A stretch of 64,000 nucleotides of DNA from Minisyncoccota bacterium (GTDB lineage: Bacteria; Patescibacteriota; Minisyncoccia; Phycocordibacterales; UBA918), in assembly GCA_937975855.1 (NCBI GenBank), contig CALJTT010000003.1, positions 26,901-90,900 of the forward strand, written 5' to 3'. The notes under the pieces are model-generated. The model had not been told where the DNA came from, ran no database searches, and saw only the letters and a list, made by a program, of their open reading frames with translations. This document shows positions 27,806 to 36,659 of this stretch, piece by piece. Both the position numbers and the translations under genes were made by a program. Positions within the stretch are counted from its first letter, which is position 1; every line of letters begins with the position of its first letter.

Positions 27806-28615
27806 CTAGCCTGAACTGTTCGCGTGAACAAGGAGTTGCTCATTCGCAACCCTTCCCACAAGTTGCATATCCGTCGGATGTCCAGCAAACGCCGTCTCGA
27901 TCGATCCGCCCAACTGCGCGCCAGCCGGTCTGAGGTATTCGATAGCACCAAGTAAATCCAGAGCGCGATGTAGCGCCAGTTCCTTCAGTACAGCTCGCAG
28001 CCCTTCTTCGGTTCGAGCACGACGTAGCCAGACATGCTGATCGACAACACCATGCCATCTTGCATATGGCCACAACCACAACCTACCCATAGAACGGGCC
28101 GTTGCAATTCGCCTCAGATCATCGTTGCTTTCTAAAGAAACGCGAACTGTAATGCGTTCAGTTTTTGGATATTGAACCGAAACTGAGATGTTCAGTGGCT
28201 CAGATCCCGGTGTCCAAGTCAGAGTTTTTCTGCCCTCCAAAAAAGAGACTTTTTCAGAGACGGTGTAAACAGGCATATCTCGATTCTGCTCCAAAACGCT
28301 CTCTAAAGAGTCCCAGTGCAGCACTCCACCGTTTTCATAGGGCAATCCGTTTTTGCCGACCTCGATTTCAACACCTGACGCTCGGAGCAAATGCAATACG
28401 CCAAAGAGATGTTCAGGAATCAGCACACGGCGATTGCGGTCTCTGACATAGAGAGATCGAAACAGAAGACTAAAACACCCCATCTTCAGCGTATCCAGAC
28501 TCACACTGGCGTCACCACAACGCCACCAGACGCCGGGCGTTTCTACCCGACGTAAAGTAACTTTTGCTTGCATCCCCCAGTGGTTTCTACCAACAATTTC
28601 AGCAATTAACGTCAT
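27806..28615 (-). CDS. Divergent LpxC-like zinc metallo-deacetylase
   Basis: LpxC motifs in the correct order: G-x-x-H-x-G, PEHL, IEV...P...G, IATARS, ELALHRALDLLG, AGH. SD-like GAGGGAG 8 nt upstream. Confidence 0.7.
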   Translation of the reverse strand: MTLIAEIVGRNHWGMQAKVTLRRVETPGVWWRCGDASVSLDTLKMGCFSLLFRSLYVRDRNRRVLIPEHLFGVLHLLRASGVEIEVGKNGLPYENGGVLHWDSLESVLEQNRDMPVYTVSEKVSFLEGRKTLTWTPGSEPLNISVSVQYPKTERITVRVSLESNDDLRRIATARSMGRLWLWPYARWHGVVDQHVWLRRARTEEGLRAVLKELALHRALDLLGAIEYLRPAGAQLGGSIETAFAGHPTDMQLVGRVANEQLLVHANSSG

Positions 28616-28729
28616 ATGACGATCTCCCTCTTCCAGATTTTACGCTCTAAAGGAAACACTAACAACTTAATTTAAAATTGCAACAGAAACGCCTAGCTTC
28701 TTTATATATTAAAAAAATAAAGATAAAAG

Positions 28730-28762
28730 AAAAACCCCCGCACGTATGCACGGGAGCTTTTT
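28730..28762 (-). terminator. Intrinsic terminator
   Basis: Minus strand CTCCCGTGC-ATAC-GTGCGGGGG followed by a long T-tract. Confidence 0.65.
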
Positions 28763-28782
28763 GAAGCAGATACTTTACTCCG

Positions 28783-29907
28783 TTATTTGGCGAAAAACGC
28801 TTGTACTTGTCGCTTTTCACCTTGAGGGCAGTAGTACAAAGCCGAATTGCGATCGTAGATCATGTGAGTGACCGCTTCCGTTGGCGTGAGCAACGGGAAA
28901 CCCAGACTTGGATTTATGTCCGCCGGCGAGGGATCGGATCTGTACGAAACCCGCAATGTACCTGATGGTGTTGTTGCGAGATTGACATTGTGCCCGTTGC
29001 ACGGAACAGTCACTGAAGGATAGGCCACAGTTCGTGCAGCCTGACCGTAGGTTGCCGCTGGCGCCGGTGTGTAAACCGAAGCTTGGGCAGATGGTCGGAC
29101 TCCCCAGACGGCTGCCTGCTGCTGGGCACCCTGCCAACTTGCAGTCGGCTGAGCGGGAGCATGAGCCGCCGCGGACGTGCCATAGTCGTACGTCGTTCCA
29201 AATCCTGCAGATGATACTGTCGGGATTGCAGCGGCGTAAGAGTTGGTAGCAGCGTAAGTCGGCGACGCCGACTGGTAGGTTGGCGTTGCGTAGGTGTAAG
29301 TCTGACTCGCCGGAGGCTTGCTGACATAAGAAACGGCTTGCCCAGCGCTGTAAGCCGAAGCTGACGTTCCGGAAGTCACCGAGTACGTAGGCTGAGCATA
29401 CGCGATACGGGCTGGTGGTGGCGCGGGCACGTACGCTGACTGCGACGGTGCCGAGGTCCACACTGGCGCTGCCGCGACGGTGTTACTGCGTTGAACAACC
29501 TGCGCGTTACTGGACCGCGTCAGGTGACCAGTCTCAACAACTCCGTTTACTCGTGTTACGCGTACTGGGTACGCATAATCTGCAGTCCCGACGTAAACCG
29601 GAACGATGGAGTATCCCCAGTAAGAATCGACTCGGTGTGAATCCCAGACGCCATTGGCGCGTTGGGTTTCAAGCGAATTAACACGCGCGCCGCCGGAAAT
29701 CGATACGTTGACAATTTGCGTAGACTGCTCGACGAGCCTTGAACCGTTACCAGACCAGCTGGCCGTCGGTGCAGCACGCTCTGCTTTTTCGCAGGCTTGC
29801 CAATCAGAATCGCTTGCAGAAGCCAAGCCCGAAAACCCGACAGCCGAAAATAATCCGATTGCGATAGAAAGAACTCCCGAACGAATCCGGGTAAGAACAT
29901 AATTCAT
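28783..29907 (-). CDS. Secreted protein with long A/S/T/Y/P/Q low-complexity region
   Basis: Signal peptide ending ASA; AAGGAG SD 8 nt before ATG 29907; upstream TTGACT-N17-TTTAAT. Confidence 0.7.
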   Translation of the reverse strand: MNYVLTRIRSGVLSIAIGLFSAVGFSGLASASDSDWQACEKAERAAPTASWSGNGSRLVEQSTQIVNVSISGGARVNSLETQRANGVWDSHRVDSYWGYSIVPVYVGTADYAYPVRVTRVNGVVETGHLTRSSNAQVVQRSNTVAAAPVWTSAPSQSAYVPAPPPARIAYAQPTYSVTSGTSASAYSAGQAVSYVSKPPASQTYTYATPTYQSASPTYAATNSYAAAIPTVSSAGFGTTYDYGTSAAAHAPAQPTASWQGAQQQAAVWGVRPSAQASVYTPAPAATYGQAARTVAYPSVTVPCNGHNVNLATTPSGTLRVSYRSDPSPADINPSLGFPLLTPTEAVTHMIYDRNSALYYCPQGEKRQVQAFFAK

Positions 29908-29992
29908 GGTAGTCACTCCTTCAAATTTTGGCGAAACGCCGTGACCCTACTATTAAAGACCGTGAACTGTAATAAGTCAACCTGTTTTGGTT

Positions 29993-30589
29993 CTATTTGT
30001 AGACACAGACTTCCCCTGTTCCATTCAATCTCACAACATCCTTCGCGGCCTCGTGGGCGGAATTTCCTTCACCGAAATAAATGTCGATCAATAGTGACTC
30101 GTCGTGGCCGTTGGTAACGCCAATTGTGTCGGTGATTTTATATAAATTGCCAGTTGGGCCGCCGACCCGCAGCAGCGTACCTGGCGCTAGTGTATTGGAA
30201 GCGGCGGTGCCGGGTCGATCTGGAAAGTTGGGGTCGTACGCAACCAGACATTCGCCATGCGCGTCTAGTGGGCATGGCAGGTTGATGTGTACGTTTACCT
30301 TCCCGTCGCCATCGCTATCCCACAAACCGATAACGCCAAAGCGCTCGGTGATACCCATCCATTGCACTACAAACAACCGCAGGAAGTCGAAAGGCAAAAT
30401 ATCCCCCGCTGCTTTTACATAGTCTGTGTCGATCGGTGTGAAGTAGCCGGTCAAAGTCGCTGGCCTGATCTCGCAGCTGTTGGCCTGTACACTTGTAGTT
30501 GTGACATACACAGCTACCGCGACTGAAAAAGCCACGCCCACGTATAACATCCATCGTGTTTGTATCTGCTGCATAAAGTTAGAGTGCAT
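29993..30589 (-). CDS. Secreted 3D-domain (MltA-like double-psi barrel) protein
   Basis: Signal peptide (VQA), TLTGY, LAPGTLLRV, ITDTIG, IDIYFGEG. Confidence 0.65.
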   Translation of the reverse strand: MHSNFMQQIQTRWMLYVGVAFSVAVAVYVTTTSVQANSCEIRPATLTGYFTPIDTDYVKAAGDILPFDFLRLFVVQWMGITERFGVIGLWDSDGDGKVNVHINLPCPLDAHGECLVAYDPNFPDRPGTAASNTLAPGTLLRVGGPTGNLYKITDTIGVTNGHDESLLIDIYFGEGNSAHEAAKDVVRLNGTGEVCVYK

Positions 30590-32432
30590 CAGTCGAGGTC
30601 GCCAGCGTTAGTTCGGGTTCAACTGCTTCTTCTGTCGCAGGCACCTCTATCGGGTCTAGTTCTATTAAAACTTCATCATTAACTTTTTCCTCCAACTCTC
30701 GCTCCTCAATAGCCTCACCCAAGCTGGTCGTTTGGTCGACACCCATAAGTTCAATCATCTCTAGAGAGAAGCGTGGCTGCGGCTGGCTAGCCACAACCGT
30801 TTGAGATGTAGTAGTTGCAACGGGCTCTGAAGTACTGGCGAGCGATTGTGTGTCGACAGGCAGAGTCGTTAAAGCTGTGGTGGTTGCAAACATAGCTTCG
30901 ACCAGCGTCGTGGTTGCCACTACAAATGCATCTATGGGCGAAGTAGTCGTACCGTTGGCAGCATCAACCGATTTAACTTCTTCTGTTGTGGAAGCGGTTG
31001 TGGTGACGATCTTTTGTGATGTTGTGCTGACGAACGCCAAAACTCGCTCGTCGGGATTTTCAATAAAATTGATCAGCCCAGCATCAAGCTCCGGTCTTTC
31101 TCCGATGGTGTAAATAGAGGTTCCAAGTATTCCTGCAGCTTCCGCGTAGTTTCGAGATCGCTCAAATGATTCTGGGTAGTGACCCCAATCGTCCACCTCG
31201 CGTTCGCTGTCGAGCCAACCAATTCCCACCATGACGCGATCGGCAATGTCTGGCGCCATCTGCTGCCAAGCATCGACTTCCCGTTCCCAAATACCTTGGG
31301 TCGAGCTGTATTGCATGACGTGAATAACGTCGAGCAAATCACGTCTCAGCCAGGTCGTTGGATCTTGCTGGTAATGAAACGAGGTAGCGTCGAAAACTAG
31401 ACGAGGACTGTATGTTGCCTGGGTTCGCATTTCGTATATTTCAGTTTTACTATCCTCAATCGGAGTTGTAATGAACGGGTTGTCGGGAGTCGCCTCGTAC
31501 CACTCACGGAACCACTGTGGCGTCTCACCTTCCCAAGTTACCTCTGTTGTAGTGGCATTCAGATCACCCCAGCGCCCGCCAGCATAGCTGTACAGCAATG
31601 GAAAGACGGCCGCTGACAATTGATAGTCTTTGCTGGTAGACGCACTGACAGAATCAATCGCTGTCGAGATAATCTCAACTGTGTCTGTGATGCAGGCGGT
31701 CTTTTCTTCATCTGCCATTTCCCAACCAGGGAAACGAATATAGTCGAGTTCGATCCCAGCAAGCTGAGGATAGAGCTCCAGTACGGCTGTTACCCATGTC
31801 TGCTGCGCCTCACGTTCTTCTTCCTCGCACAGGTCAACCCAGATGGCTTCTTCAACCCACTGGTCTTCTGTCAATCTTTTTCCGTTGACGATCCAGGCAT
31901 GGACGTCGACATCCTCGGACGAGAACAAGTCGAGGGCAGCTGCAAAGTCATTATGGTTTCCTACTCCTCCACCGATCAACTCGCCAGACTCGTCGAACAT
32001 CGCTGGGAAGCGCAGATAGACTTCGGTTAGACCAAGTGCCTTGGCGGTTTCAAAAGTTTCGGCCAAAGGTGAGTTTGGATCAAGACTGTCCGTAGTCGAC
32101 GCCGTTGTAGACGCGGCGGTAGTGGAACTGGTGCTAGTAGATGCTGTCAGCGAGCCTGTCTCTGTCGTGGTCGCAATATTTAAATCTTGCTCAACACTAG
32201 ATGTCGCAGTCGAAGTAGCTACAGCTAAACTGGTGGTCGACACCTCTGACACTGTCGAGGTAGCGAAGGATGCGGTTGTGGTCGCAGTAGTACTTGAATA
32301 TTCTGTGATCACAACTACCTCGGGCACAGTCGACGCAATAGCCGTCGCCTCCAGCCACGCACCGCGTTCAGCTGCAAATAATTGCACTGGTAACAAAACA
32401 AAGAATAATAGAGTGGGTAATGTGTATTTCAT
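30579..32432 (-). CDS. Secreted glycoside-hydrolase-like 10 (GHL10/DUF187-type) protein with S/T-rich insert and tail
   Basis: ERGAWL, VHAW, GIELDYIRFP, LSAAVFP, QD...W....LD....MQY. Confidence 0.75.
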   Translation of the reverse strand: MKYTLPTLLFFVLLPVQLFAAERGAWLEATAIASTVPEVVVITEYSSTTATTTASFATSTVSEVSTTSLAVATSTATSSVEQDLNIATTTETGSLTASTSTSSTTAASTTASTTDSLDPNSPLAETFETAKALGLTEVYLRFPAMFDESGELIGGGVGNHNDFAAALDLFSSEDVDVHAWIVNGKRLTEDQWVEEAIWVDLCEEEEREAQQTWVTAVLELYPQLAGIELDYIRFPGWEMADEEKTACITDTVEIISTAIDSVSASTSKDYQLSAAVFPLLYSYAGGRWGDLNATTTEVTWEGETPQWFREWYEATPDNPFITTPIEDSKTEIYEMRTQATYSPRLVFDATSFHYQQDPTTWLRRDLLDVIHVMQYSSTQGIWEREVDAWQQMAPDIADRVMVGIGWLDSEREVDDWGHYPESFERSRNYAEAAGILGTSIYTIGERPELDAGLINFIENPDERVLAFVSTTSQKIVTTTASTTEEVKSVDAANGTTTSPIDAFVVATTTLVEAMFATTTALTTLPVDTQSLASTSEPVATTTSQTVVASQPQPRFSLEMIELMGVDQTTSLGEAIEERELEEKVNDEVLIELDPIEVPATEEAVEPELTLATSTDAL

Positions 32433-32537
32433 CGTACTGCGCTGATGTCGTTCTGAATAAATCTTCTACGAGAGAAAATGCCCTTACCTTTTAATAATAA
32501 GGCATGGATAACAATATAATTGGTCTGCTGTGGAGAA

Positions 32538-33527
32538 TTACTCTACTACCCGCTTGCCGGCTGCGACGATACTGTCGACACCCATGCCGTAGTGTTTAAC
32601 CAATTCGTCTGGTTCTCCTGATTGACCGAACTGGTCGTCAACACCGATACGTGCGATGCGAGTTGGGTTGATCTCGGCGAGAGCTTCACACACTGCGCTA
32701 CCCATACCACCAGCGATCTGATGTTCTTCAACTGTTACCAAAGCGTCGTGTTCGGCGGCAAACACATCGAGAGCTTGTACGTCTAGCGGTTTGATAGTTG
32801 CCAAGTGCAGCACTGACACGCCGATTCCTTGTGTCTGCAGTTCGTGCGCGGCCATTAGTGAGTTGTATAAAAGTGAGCCGGTAGAAATGATTCCGACCTT
32901 TTTCTCTAAAGATTCATCACGGCTGAACATGCGCTGTGCTTTACCAATTTCAAATGGCGTGTCTTTGGTAGTGACAACTGGCGTTGCACTCCTACCTAGT
33001 CGGAAGTAAACCGGCCCTTCGTACTCTGCTGCAGCCAGAGTCACTTTCCTAGCCTCTTCGGCATCTGCTGGCGCCAGTACTACCATGTTTGGAACAACCC
33101 GCATGATGGCAATATCCTCGATTGCCTGATGAGTTGCTCCATCAGGACCAACTGAAACACCAGCATGAGCACCAACAATTTTTACATTAGCGTCGTTGTA
33201 AGCAACTGTGGTACGGATCTGCTCCCAGTTGCGCCCAGGCGAAAACATCGCATAAGAAGAGATGAAGGGAATCTTCCCCATCGCTGACATACCAGAAGCA
33301 ACGGAGGCAAGATTTTGCTCAGCTACGCCAATCTGCACAAACCGGTTGGGGAATTTCTCAGCAAAGTGATGCGTGCGCGTTGACTCGGTCAAATCGCAAC
33401 AAAGGGCGACCACGTTTTTGTCGCGCTTGCCAGCCTCTAGGAGACCTTCGCCATACCCGTTTCGGGTGGGAGATTTTTCTACTTCTCCCCCAGTTCTTAT
33501 TGCTTCGTGAATGTGGTCTGCAAACAT
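32538..33527 (-). CDS. Transketolase, C-terminal subunit
   Basis: DLTEST, GVAEQN, DGATHQ, GPVYFRLGR, TIKPLD. Confidence 0.93.
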   Translation of the reverse strand: MFADHIHEAIRTGGEVEKSPTRNGYGEGLLEAGKRDKNVVALCCDLTESTRTHHFAEKFPNRFVQIGVAEQNLASVASGMSAMGKIPFISSYAMFSPGRNWEQIRTTVAYNDANVKIVGAHAGVSVGPDGATHQAIEDIAIMRVVPNMVVLAPADAEEARKVTLAAAEYEGPVYFRLGRSATPVVTTKDTPFEIGKAQRMFSRDESLEKKVGIISTGSLLYNSLMAAHELQTQGIGVSVLHLATIKPLDVQALDVFAAEHDALVTVEEHQIAGGMGSAVCEALAEINPTRIARIGVDDQFGQSGEPDELVKHYGMGVDSIVAAGKRVVE

Positions 33528-33528
33528 A

Positions 33529-34425
33529 CTATGCGTGATTATCTTTATCGATCAAACCTGCCAGAGTGCGCAGCTTCTCGAGCGCTACCTTTGACTGCTC
33601 ACTCTTTGGAACCCGGTCTTCAGGACCTTTACCTGGAGGATTGCCGTGCCATCGGAAATCTCTTTCAAATACATCTACCCCCTTACTACCGATAGTATGC
33701 GCAATGATAACTGACGGCTTGCTGTATACCGCCTGCGCTTTGCCAATCGCGTCGTTGAGGCCGCGCATGCTGTGACCATCGACTTCTTGGACGTCGAATC
33801 CAAACGCTTCCCATTTATCAGCCAGTGGCTCTAGTGGCATCACGTCTTGGGTGTAGCCGTCGATTTGGAATCCGTTACGGTCGACAATGACAATAAGATT
33901 GTGAAGTTTTTCTTTACCAGCTAGCATCGCTGCTTCCCAGATCTGTCCTTCGTTCAATTCCCCGTCTCCTGTCAAACAGTAGAAAAACTTCGACGTGTAC
34001 GGGTTGTCCATTCGTTCGGCGATAGCCATTCCAACTGCTTGTGACAGCCCTGACCCTAGTGGCCCAGATGAAGTTTCAACACCCGGCAGAACTTCTTTGT
34101 GTGGGTGTCCTTGAAGGCGACCACCAAATTTCCTCAAGGTCATCAATTCTTCTACAGGGAAATAACCCGCATGCGCCAATGTGGCATATAGGACTGGACA
34201 GATGTGTCCATTTGACAAGATAACCCGATCTCTTTCTGGCCAATCTGGTTTTTTTGGATCGTGTTTAAGGGTTGAAAAATACAAAAGCGTAAACACATCG
34301 GCCATATCGAGCGGACCGGCGGTGTGGCCACTACCAGCCTCGGTGAGCATTTCGATAATACTTTGTCTAATTGTGTTCGCTTGTTTTTCAAGCCGGGTAG
34401 CTTCAGATGAGCTGATGTACTTCAT
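33529..34425 (-). CDS. Transketolase, N-terminal subunit
   Basis: AGSGH, DRVILSNGH, LQGHP, GDGELNEG ThDP-binding motif. Confidence 0.93.
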   Translation of the reverse strand: MKYISSSEATRLEKQANTIRQSIIEMLTEAGSGHTAGPLDMADVFTLLYFSTLKHDPKKPDWPERDRVILSNGHICPVLYATLAHAGYFPVEELMTLRKFGGRLQGHPHKEVLPGVETSSGPLGSGLSQAVGMAIAERMDNPYTSKFFYCLTGDGELNEGQIWEAAMLAGKEKLHNLIVIVDRNGFQIDGYTQDVMPLEPLADKWEAFGFDVQEVDGHSMRGLNDAIGKAQAVYSKPSVIIAHTIGSKGVDVFERDFRWHGNPPGKGPEDRVPKSEQSKVALEKLRTLAGLIDKDNHA

Positions 34426-34470
34426 ATAACAATAAGTATAACGGGTCGACGGACACTTGCCCACCGATTG

Positions 34471-35118
34471 CTAGTTAATAAGACTGCACAGTTCAGCGTG
34501 TGCTGCTTGCGGATCTTCTTGTAGTGTAATTGCTGACCCGACAATAAATCTGTCCGCGCCTGCTTCTTTTAATCTAACAATAGTGTCTTTATTTACACTA
34601 CCGTCAATAGATATAGTCTTTTCGGGAAAGGCTGTTTTAACGGCTTTAATCTTCTTGAATACCTCTTCGTCAAATGGCTGCTTCATGGCACCGACTTCGC
34701 GAATACCCATCAGTTGAACATAGTCTGCGTGCTGAGCATACTCCAAAAGCGTGTCGATCGACGTGTCGCCGTGTGCACTGATCCCAGTAGTTACGTGAGT
34801 AAACTCGTGAAAGTTTTTAAAGTTCTCTAGAGTGATTGTTTCAAGATGGAAAATCAACATGTCAGCCCCGGCAGTAATACACTCGACTGCCATAGACAGA
34901 GGATCCTCTACCATCAAGTCCACCTCCAGTGAGAACTTGTCGGTGCAGTCTTTAACATCAGCCAAGTTACCTTCTGGGTCGTACGGCCAGGAAAAATTTG
35001 GAACAAACTTGCCGTCGACCATGTCGAGATGGATCTCGTGTGAGAACGACAGTCGAGAGAGAGTCTCTCGCACATCGGTATCACTGCTGGGAATAAGGGC
35101 TGGGACGACGGGAATCAT
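34471..35118 (-). CDS. rpe: Ribulose-phosphate 3-epimerase
   Basis: HLDMVDGKFVPN, DLMV, IDGSV, VGSAI. Confidence 0.88.
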   Translation of the reverse strand: MIPVVPALIPSSDTDVRETLSRLSFSHEIHLDMVDGKFVPNFSWPYDPEGNLADVKDCTDKFSLEVDLMVEDPLSMAVECITAGADMLIFHLETITLENFKNFHEFTHVTTGISAHGDTSIDTLLEYAQHADYVQLMGIREVGAMKQPFDEEVFKKIKAVKTAFPEKTISIDGSVNKDTIVRLKEAGADRFIVGSAITLQEDPQAAHAELCSLIN

Positions 35119-35579
35119 ATATGCAGGTTTCGAGTAAGCTGGTCAAGTTTTTTGTCACGGCGCAGATACTTTTCGTTGGTTGGTCCAGGTAGATGTAGCC
35201 AGCTCCAAACATGTTTCTTTGTGTCGTCGATTGAAAGCAGTCGGGCGCCGATCGATAGTACATTAGCATCATTGTGGGTACGACTGAGTAGGACGATGTT
35301 TGGCTCGTCGCTATACAAAACCGTCGCGCGTACACCAGGAAATCGATTTGCTAGCATAGCCTCCCCCTGCCCTGACCCGCCGAATATTATGGCGCGATCT
35401 TCAGTTGGATTTTTGGCCACAGCGTGCGCTGCTTTGACTATAAAGTCTGGGAAGTCGTCGTCATTGTCGTAAGTGTAGGCACCATAGTCAACAACATCAA
35501 AACCTTCGGCCGTCAGCCATTCGCTCACAGCATTTTTGTGGGCGAACCCAGCGTGATCAGTGGCAAGATGAATCTTCAT
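35115..35579 (-). CDS. rpiB: Ribose-5-phosphate isomerase B
   Basis: DHAG, GGSGQG, HNDANVLSIG; start coupled to the gap stop codon (TAATG). Confidence 0.9.
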   Translation of the reverse strand: MKIHLATDHAGFAHKNAVSEWLTAEGFDVVDYGAYTYDNDDDFPDFIVKAAHAVAKNPTEDRAIIFGGSGQGEAMLANRFPGVRATVLYSDEPNIVLLSRTHNDANVLSIGARLLSIDDTKKHVWSWLHLPGPTNEKYLRRDKKLDQLTRNLHI

Positions 35580-36607
35580 TAAGATTTCATGTGACGCGCT
35601 GAAGCAGCAACGTGCTCTACCAGTGTCGATGTGTAACTGGTCTCGTTGTCGTACCAACCTAGAACCTTGACCAAGTTTCCTCCCACCACACGAGTGAATG
35701 AAAGGTCAGCGATAGACCCAACCCGTGAACCGATAATGTCACTTGACACAATTGGTTCGTCGGTGGCAGCAAAGATATTCTTCCAACGTGGGTCACCAGC
35801 AGCAGCAAGTAGGGCGTTGTTGATTTCTTCAACCGTTGTATCTCGAGAAGCAATGAACGTCACGTCGACGATTGATCCAACTGGTACCGGCACGCGCATA
35901 GCCATACCGTCGAACTTACCTTCTAGCTCTGGATGGGCCTTGGTTGTAGCAATTGCAGCACCAGTCGTTGTGGGAATAATATTAAGGGCAGCAGAACGTG
36001 ATTTACGGAAGTCTCCTTTTGATGGGCCATCGATCAATGACTGAGTCGAGGTGTAAGCATGAACAGTATTGAGGATTGCTTTTTCAATCCCAACAGCTTC
36101 CTTCAAAATCGCAATCAATGGACTGGTCGCGTTTGTTGTACAAGAAGCGTTAGAAGAAATATCACAAGTCTTCAGAGATTCTTCGTTTACACCCATGAGC
36201 ACAGTTGCTCCGTTCACGCCTGAAGCAGCCGGGTCGTCTTTAGCTGGGGCAGAAATCACAACTCGCCGAGCACCAGCATCCAGGTGTTGTTTCGAGTCTG
36301 CAAATTTAGAAAAGAAGCCAGTTGACTCTACAACAATGTCGATATTTAGCTCTCGCCATGGCAGCTTACTTGGCTCTCGTTCTGAGACAAATGTGATTTC
36401 GTTGTCGCCCACCTTTAACTTGTCGCCGACTACTTCTACTGGAAATGGCGCTCGTCCGTAAACAGAGTCGTATTTCAACAAGTAAGCCAGGTTGTCGAGA
36501 CTGCCGAGGTCGTTAATTGCAACGACTTCAAAGTCGTCATGCCCAAATGCTGTACGTAAAAACGTACGTCCAATTCTTCCAAATCCGTTGATTGCTACAC
36601 GAGTCAT
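35579..36607 (-). CDS. gap: Glyceraldehyde-3-phosphate dehydrogenase type I
   Basis: INGFGRIGR, NASCTTN, WYDNE. Confidence 0.96.
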   Translation of the reverse strand: MTRVAINGFGRIGRTFLRTAFGHDDFEVVAINDLGSLDNLAYLLKYDSVYGRAPFPVEVVGDKLKVGDNEITFVSEREPSKLPWRELNIDIVVESTGFFSKFADSKQHLDAGARRVVISAPAKDDPAASGVNGATVLMGVNEESLKTCDISSNASCTTNATSPLIAILKEAVGIEKAILNTVHAYTSTQSLIDGPSKGDFRKSRSAALNIIPTTTGAAIATTKAHPELEGKFDGMAMRVPVPVGSIVDVTFIASRDTTVEEINNALLAAAGDPRWKNIFAATDEPIVSSDIIGSRVGSIADLSFTRVVGGNLVKVLGWYDNETSYTSTLVEHVAASARHMKS

Positions 36608-36659
36608 AAAAATAAATGATAGTTACTTATACCTGCCCTACAGTATACAAGCCAAGATT

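Noticed and set aside
28817..29461. 214-aa alternative-frame ORF overlapping the secreted low-complexity gene
   Set aside because: No start signals or motifs; expected by-product of a GC-rich low-complexity coding frame
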